Below, one piece after another: positions 58,858 to 64,000 of a stretch of DNA of 64,000 nucleotides. Both the position numbers and the translations under genes were made by a program. The DNA is from Alphaproteobacteria bacterium. GTDB lineage: Bacteria; Pseudomonadota; Alphaproteobacteria; UBA9219; RGZA01. The notes below the pieces were generated by a model that saw only the letters and a program-made list of their open reading frames with translations, ran no database searches and was not told the DNA's origin. Every line of letters begins with the position of its first letter. Position 1 is the first letter of the stretch. The stretch covers positions 99,954 to 163,953 of the forward strand of contig JANRLI010000005.1 of NCBI GenBank assembly GCA_033762625.1, read 5' to 3'.

Positions 58858-59511
58858 TTATTTCTTTGACGCAGTGTTTTGGGGGGCGTTGGCGGGGTCA
58901 ACCCAGCCAATATGTCCATCGGCGCGGCGATAAACCATGTTCAGCTTGCCATGCGCGCGATTGTTGAAAAGTAATGCTGGCAATTCAGCCAAATCAAGCT
59001 TCATCACTGCTTCGCTGACGGTGAGATGTTCAATATTGGTGGTGGTTTCTGCAACAATAAGCGGGGTGTGCGCCTCGTTGGCAGCGCCGGATTCTTCGTT
59101 CTCAGGATTTAAAACATATTTACGCGCAACCATCGCTTCAAAGGCGGCGTGCTTGTCACCTTGATGTTGGTGCATATCAAGCAACCGCTTTTTATGGCGA
59201 GAGAGACGCTTGGCGATACGGCCAGCTGCTTCATCAAAAGCGGGATAAGGATCATTCGCCGCGTAATTGCTTTGCAACATAATGCCCCGTGCGGCATGTA
59301 CGGAAATGTCGGCGCGGTACAAATGGGCCTCGCGCGAGAATACAACGGTGGCATCAAGGGGAGTATTGAAATACTTGCTTACCACATCGGACAGATGCTG
59401 CTGGACGTGCTGGCGAAGGCTGTCGCCGACATCAATCTGTTTGCCTTTGACTTGAATCTTCAATTCGGTTGGCGCTGCGTCGTTATCTGGCAGTTGTGCA
59501 TGTGTCGTCAT
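58858..59511 (-). CDS. hpf: Ribosome hibernation-promoting factor, long form
   Basis: 217 aa. N-terminal S30AE domain (LKIQVKGKQIDVGDSLRQHV) plus a C-terminal dimerisation domain. Confidence 0.85.
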   Translation of the reverse strand: MTTHAQLPDNDAAPTELKIQVKGKQIDVGDSLRQHVQQHLSDVVSKYFNTPLDATVVFSREAHLYRADISVHAARGIMLQSNYAANDPYPAFDEAAGRIAKRLSRHKKRLLDMHQHQGDKHAAFEAMVARKYVLNPENEESGAANEAHTPLIVAETTTNIEHLTVSEAVMKLDLAELPALLFNNRAHGKLNMVYRRADGHIGWVDPANAPQNTASKK

Positions 59512-59774
59512 TGGTTTTTTAGACCCTTCTTATTGAAATCAATGATGGATGTTGGATTGACCCCCGCCGTGCTTTTTTAAAATGTGCAACCGATGAGGTT
59601 GGAATAAGCGGCTGGGTTCGTGGGGTAACAGGTCAATAATGTTTTCATGCCAGTATGATGCTGCGAATGCGAAAAGCTGTCAAGAAAACTATCTTTTTCA
59701 TGGTTATTTTAGGCTTAATCATTAGAACAAAAGCAGATAATTCGCCTGATAAAAGCTGTGCATAAAATAAATGA

Positions 59775-61277
59775 TTAGATTTTAATACGCTTTTCGCGGC
59801 GGCGTTGCGCAGACGTTGCGATGTGCATGGCTTCACGGTATTTCGCAACGGTGCGGCGTGCAATTTCGACGCCTTCACGTTTTAGAATTTTTACCAAATC
59901 CTCATCCGATAAAACAGCGTTTGGTGTTTCACCTTCAATCAATGCCTTAATTCTGTGGCGAACGGATTCGGCAGAATGGGCGCTTAAGCCAGAGCACCCA
60001 TTAATCGAAACCGAGAAGAAGTATTTAAGTTCAAACATGCCACGCGGCGTTGCAATGTATTTATTGGATGTTACGCGGCTGACCGTGGATTCATGCATGC
60101 CGATGATGCTCGCAATATCGCGAAGAGTCATGGGTTTCAAAAATTCAACGCCGTGCTGGAAGAACATGTCTTGCTGCCGCACGATTTCGCTAGCAACTTT
60201 CAAAATAGTGGTGGCGCGTTGATGAAGGGCGCGCACCAGCCAGTTAGCCGATTGTACGCGTTCGGATAAGTAATCCTTTTCCTGCTTCTTGATAACCTGA
60301 CCTTGTACTTTTGATAAATAGCTTTCGTTAATCAGAACGCGGGGTAATGTTTCCTGATTGAGTTCAATCACCCAGCCTTTGGCGGCAGAGCCACGCATCA
60401 ACACATCAGGAATGATGGTTGGCGCGGTATCATGATCGAACGCCAGCGCTGGCTTTGGGTTGAGGCAGCGGATTTCGCTGACCATTTCTGCAAAATCCTC
60501 GGCATCCACACCGCACAACTTCATCAATTTGTCTTTTTCGCGCGCTGCCAATAGATCAAGGTGTTCGACCATGGCTTGCATCGCGGGATCAAAGCGGCCT
60601 TTTTCCTTCAATTGCAGGGCAAGGCATTCTTTTAAATTGCGGGCGAAAATACCAACGGGTTCGAATTTTTGCAGACGGAGCAATACATCTTCAATTTTTT
60701 GTACTTCACAGCCGAGTTTTTCTGCCATCAGCTTGATGTCAGCGGTCATATAACCGGCTTCATCAAGGCTATCCATGAGCATAAGCGCAATCATGCGTTC
60801 GCGCTGGTCAACCACATCCAGCTGCATCTGGCCCATCAAATGGTCGCGCAGGCTAACGCCGTGGGAAAGCGTGCTTTCATGTTCGCCCGCATCTTCATTA
60901 CGGCCATCATGTCCAGCGCTACGGCTTTGGGAAGAAAGGTTCCATGACCCTTCATCGCTGCTATCTTCGCTTGTACTTTCATAGTTACCCTGATCGCTGG
61001 CTTTATCGGCAGCAATAATTTTACCATCATCTTTTATTTCTTCTCCGGCATCATTTTCAAAGGCTGCATCAAATGATGTGTCGTCCGCCTTTTCCAATAA
61101 AGGATTTTTTTCCATTTCGGTTTCGAGGTAGCTGGATAATTCGATATTGGACATTTGTAGAAGTTTAATCGCCTGCTGCAGCTGGGGGGTCATCACCAGG
61201 TTTTGCTGGAGAGCCTGCGAGCCACGCATTTCCATACGGGGATTATGTGCTTGAGGGTTACCTTGAGGGCTAGCCAT
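59775..61277 (-). CDS. rpoN: RNA polymerase sigma-54 factor
   Basis: 500 aa. Gln-rich N-terminus, an acidic region and the C-terminal RpoN box ARRTVAKYRE. Confidence 0.95.
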   Translation of the reverse strand: MASPQGNPQAHNPRMEMRGSQALQQNLVMTPQLQQAIKLLQMSNIELSSYLETEMEKNPLLEKADDTSFDAAFENDAGEEIKDDGKIIAADKASDQGNYESTSEDSSDEGSWNLSSQSRSAGHDGRNEDAGEHESTLSHGVSLRDHLMGQMQLDVVDQRERMIALMLMDSLDEAGYMTADIKLMAEKLGCEVQKIEDVLLRLQKFEPVGIFARNLKECLALQLKEKGRFDPAMQAMVEHLDLLAAREKDKLMKLCGVDAEDFAEMVSEIRCLNPKPALAFDHDTAPTIIPDVLMRGSAAKGWVIELNQETLPRVLINESYLSKVQGQVIKKQEKDYLSERVQSANWLVRALHQRATTILKVASEIVRQQDMFFQHGVEFLKPMTLRDIASIIGMHESTVSRVTSNKYIATPRGMFELKYFFSVSINGCSGLSAHSAESVRHRIKALIEGETPNAVLSDEDLVKILKREGVEIARRTVAKYREAMHIATSAQRRREKRIKI

Positions 61278-61323
61278 GACGATTTCCGGTTTCTATGCAA
61301 GAATTGTTCCAATTCGGAAAATC

Positions 61324-62121
61324 TTACAGACGAAACCTTTCGCCAAGGTAAACACGGCGCACATCGTCATGGGCAATAATTGCCGATGGTGCGCCTTCCA
61401 TCAGCACTTTTCCATCGTGAATAATGGTTGCGCGATCAACTAAATCAAGGGTTTCCCGCACATTGTGGTCGGTAATCAGAACGCCAATACCCCGGGCCTT
61501 TAAATGCAAAATAAGTTCACGAATATCGGAAATCGCAATCGGGTCGATACCTGCCAAGGGTTCATCCAGCAGGATGAAGCTGGGGCGGGTGGCAAGGGCC
61601 CGCGCGATTTCAACGCGGCGGCGTTCACCCCCCGACAGTGCAAGTGCAGGTGCACGGCGAAGATGCGTAATGGAAAATTCGGCCAATAAACTATCCAGCA
61701 TCGCTTCGCGGCGGTGTTGGTCTTTTTCATGGATTTCAAGAACGGAGCGCAGATTATTCTCAACATTCATCCCGCGGAAAATGGATGCTTCCTGCGGCAG
61801 ATAACTGATACCCAAACGTGCGCGGCGATACATGGGAAGGCCGGTGATGTCATGGCCATCTAATGTCATAATGCCTGCATCAGCATTAATAAGGCCGGTT
61901 AGAATATAAAAGAAAGTTGTCTTACCCGCGCCGTTTGGCCCCAGCAGGCCCACAATTTCACCGCGCTGCACATCAAGGCTTACATCGCGCAGGACAGGGC
62001 GGTTTTTATAATGTTTGGCGATATTGAATGCCGCTAAGCCCGGTGTGTCGCTGACAATCGGCAGCGCATCGGTGGTAATCTCGCCATGCTTGTCTTTTAA
62101 GTATATGGGTTTGATGTTCAT
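61324..62121 (-). CDS. lptB: LPS export ABC transporter ATP-binding protein
   Basis: Walker [10 protein letters not shown]. Signature [15 protein letters not shown]. Sits immediately upstream of rpoN. Confidence 0.9.
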   Translation of the reverse strand: MNIKPIYLKDKHGEITTDALPIVSDTPGLAAFNIAKHYKNRPVLRDVSLDVQRGEIVGLLGPNGAGKTTFFYILTGLINADAGIMTLDGHDITGLPMYRRARLGISYLPQEASIFRGMNVENNLRSVLEIHEKDQHRREAMLDSLLAEFSITHLRRAPALALSGGERRRVEIARALATRPSFILLDEPLAGIDPIAISDIRELILHLKARGIGVLITDHNVRETLDLVDRATIIHDGKVLMEGAPSAIIAHDDVRRVYLGERFRL

Positions 62122-62123
62122 GG

Positions 62124-63047
62124 CTATGGCTTATCGCTTGGCTGTACCGGTTTGCCCTTGGCGGAGCGGATAAGCGCATGCACGCGGCCCTTGCCGGTAT
62201 TCATAATTTTACTGGTGCCGGTTTTGAAATTTGCTTCGACCTTATCACCCTTCAGTTGATTGGAACCTTGGGTAATAAATACATTACCATTCAGCGTAGC
62301 GGTGTTGGGTGTTACGTAATAGATGGCCTGGTCACAGATTACGACATCCTTGGCAGACGTAATATGGACATTCCCATTCGCGGTCATCGTGTCCGCTTCC
62401 AATTCGCCCTTTGCATTCTTTTTGAATTGAGAGATTAATTCATTGGCATGCACTTGGCGGCCTTCACGTACCGCGAGCGCATCGCCCTTGGCAATCGCAC
62501 GGTTTTCAATTTCCCAATATTCAAGGCTATCACGTGCCGTAACGGTATCGGTTGCGGTTTGGAATTTCAGATTATCGCCGCGCAAAATAGCCTTGCGGGT
62601 GTCGATATCATATTCGGCTGTCTGGCCAATAGCCGTTTGTGTTTTGCCCGTTACCTTTACGCCGCCTTCGGCTGTTAAGCGCCATACTTCGCTGGAGCCA
62701 TCGGGTTTCTTGCGGTCATAGGCTTTTAAAACATCCGCTTCAATCATGACATCGCCCTTTTTGGCTTTGGCGTGACCCGAAGCAATATAAACACGCTCCT
62801 GTTCATGCCATTCAAGGCTTTTATCGGCGGTGATATCAATCGCATCATCGCCCGCTTTGCCGCCAAACAGATTAGGTGCAGGTTGTTTATTGGCTGGTGC
62901 GGGGGATTGTGATGCGAGAGGCGCATCAGCAGGCGCGGGAATAAATGCAGCATCGGGCTGGCTGGTTGCGCCTTTTACCGGTGGCACAGGCTCCGCATTT
63001 AACGGAAGTGCAATCAGCATCAAAGCAAGAAGTAAAAAATAATTCAT
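62124..63047 (-). CDS. lptA: LptA-like periplasmic LPS transport protein (OstA-like N-terminal jellyroll)
   Basis: Signal peptide. OstA-like repeats. Position between lptC and lptB. Confidence 0.7.
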   Translation of the reverse strand: MNYFLLLALMLIALPLNAEPVPPVKGATSQPDAAFIPAPADAPLASQSPAPANKQPAPNLFGGKAGDDAIDITADKSLEWHEQERVYIASGHAKAKKGDVMIEADVLKAYDRKKPDGSSEVWRLTAEGGVKVTGKTQTAIGQTAEYDIDTRKAILRGDNLKFQTATDTVTARDSLEYWEIENRAIAKGDALAVREGRQVHANELISQFKKNAKGELEADTMTANGNVHITSAKDVVICDQAIYYVTPNTATLNGNVFITQGSNQLKGDKVEANFKTGTSKIMNTGKGRVHALIRSAKGKPVQPSDKP

Positions 63048-63050
63048 CGG

Positions 63051-63779
63051 TTATGGCTTGGATGCTGGCTGCGCTGGTTGAACGGGTGTTGCTGGCGTGG
63101 GTACATTTTGCCCTTGATTGCTTATAGAAGGCAAGCCACCACCTGATGAACCGCTACCCATCTTTAATTTTGCCGATGTTTGGCCTGTGAATATAATGGT
63201 TTTGCCACCATCAATCGCTTTAAATCCTTCGCCTTTTACTTCGCCGAAATTGCCCTGAAGGGTAACGGGTTTGTTACCTTCGGCATTTTTGCTGTTCATA
63301 TCAATATGCGCTTCTTCGGTCGTAAAGGTCGTGCCATCGCTATGGCGAAGGACGATTCCTTTTTGAACATTCAGCGTGCCGCTTTTTTCATTGTATTGCG
63401 CGCCTTTGCCTTCGGCATCAAGGGTTTTGCCGTTATCCAAATCAATTCGTGCTTTGGGGTTTGATAAATCGGTAACGCCTGCGGCATTGGGTTGCTGGCG
63501 CGCGGTATCCGCTTTTACTTCATAAGGGCGGTTTTGCGCATCATGACTTGTGTAAACAGGCGCCACCATAGCGGCATCCATTGCAGTTAATTTTTTTGGT
63601 TCAACATTACTGCCATTTACATTCGGCAGGACAACCAGCACCAATAAAATGCATGCAGCGGAAATGGGCAGGATAAGTTTAAGGCTGCCCACAATACGGC
63701 TATAGCGCGTGATGGCGCCCGCACTTACGACACGGGTTTCCGGCATCAACCAGTCTGTCTTGGGGGTGTCATCGGTCAT
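63051..63779 (-). CDS. lptC: LptC-like inner-membrane-anchored LPS transport protein
   Basis: Single N-terminal TM plus a beta-jellyroll region. Ser/Gly/Pro-rich tail. Synteny supports the call. Confidence 0.55.
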   Translation of the reverse strand: MTDDTPKTDWLMPETRVVSAGAITRYSRIVGSLKLILPISAACILLVLVVLPNVNGSNVEPKKLTAMDAAMVAPVYTSHDAQNRPYEVKADTARQQPNAAGVTDLSNPKARIDLDNGKTLDAEGKGAQYNEKSGTLNVQKGIVLRHSDGTTFTTEEAHIDMNSKNAEGNKPVTLQGNFGEVKGEGFKAIDGGKTIIFTGQTSAKLKMGSGSSGGGLPSISNQGQNVPTPATPVQPAQPASKP

Positions 63780-64000
63780 TTAACCAATACCTGCCTTTAA
63801 CAAATCATGCATGCGGATAATGCCCTGCACCGCATTTTTTTCATCCAGCACGAAAAAGCTGGTGACTTTCTTTTCATTCATCTTGCCCAATGCTTCGACG
63901 GCTAAGGCATGCGGCCCGATGGTTTTGGGGGCGCGTGTCATGATGTCCTGCGCTGTAAGCTGCAATAAATTATCTTTCATATGACGTCGCAAGTCGCCAT
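63780..64000 (-). CDS. kdsD: Arabinose-5-phosphate isomerase KdsD/KpsF, C-terminal CBS region only (gene runs off the window end)
   Basis: C-terminal ...AQDIMTRAPKTIGPHALAVEALGKMNEKKVTSFFVLDEKNAVQGIIRMHDLLKAG. The reading frame stays open to position 64000. It sits upstream of lptC as in many Proteobacteria. Confidence 0.6.
   Translation of the reverse strand, partial: GDLRRHMKDNLLQLTAQDIMTRAPKTIGPHALAVEALGKMNEKKVTSFFVLDEKNAVQGIIRMHDLLKAGIG

Overview
This 64 kb window is a moderate-GC (~50%) chromosomal segment, probably alphaproteobacterial. Supporting that: lptC-lptA-lptB-rpoN-hpf-ptsN synteny, an hsp20 gene followed by DUF1150, and a 17-kDa-antigen-like glycine-zipper lipoprotein. The flanks are housekeeping. 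On the left: ETF-ubiquinone oxidoreductase, a family-4 uracil-DNA glycosylase, a soluble lytic transglycosylase, a ydbH-ynbE-ydbL-like envelope operon and an RND efflux pair. On the right: tRNA-Gln(CUG), rlmE, guaB, rsmB, ald, hsp20 and the lpt/rpoN/hpf/ptsN locus. The centre (~14.5-50.5 kb) is a ~36 kb glycan-biosynthesis region, densely packed and largely translationally coupled. It holds three DegT-family PLP enzymes, at least seven SAM methyltransferases, an RmlC-like cupin and a complete CDP-glucose to CDP-4-keto-3,6-dideoxyhexose arm (rfbF/rfbG/rfbH). Next to that arm sit an acetolactate-synthase-like ThDP enzyme (YerE-like branched-sugar logic), a 3-dehydroquinate-synthase-family enzyme and an aldolase-like protein. 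It also holds two separate GtrB-like polyprenyl-phosphate glycosyltransferase plus GtrA flippase modules, two large polytopic candidate GT-C transferases, a WbqC-like protein, a NeuD/PglD-type N-acetyltransferase and an unusual HTTM-domain / DCC (DUF393) thiol-oxidoreductase fusion. A biotin operon (bioB // bioF-bioD-bioA) sits inside this region. It ends in a ferritin-like diiron (E/ExxH/E/ExxH) protein instead of any known pimelate-arm gene. The most novel candidates are a lipid-linked, periplasmic-side glycan-modification system (GtrA/GtrB/GT-C plus HTTM-DCC) and that diiron protein. I found no CRISPR array, integrase or transposase.
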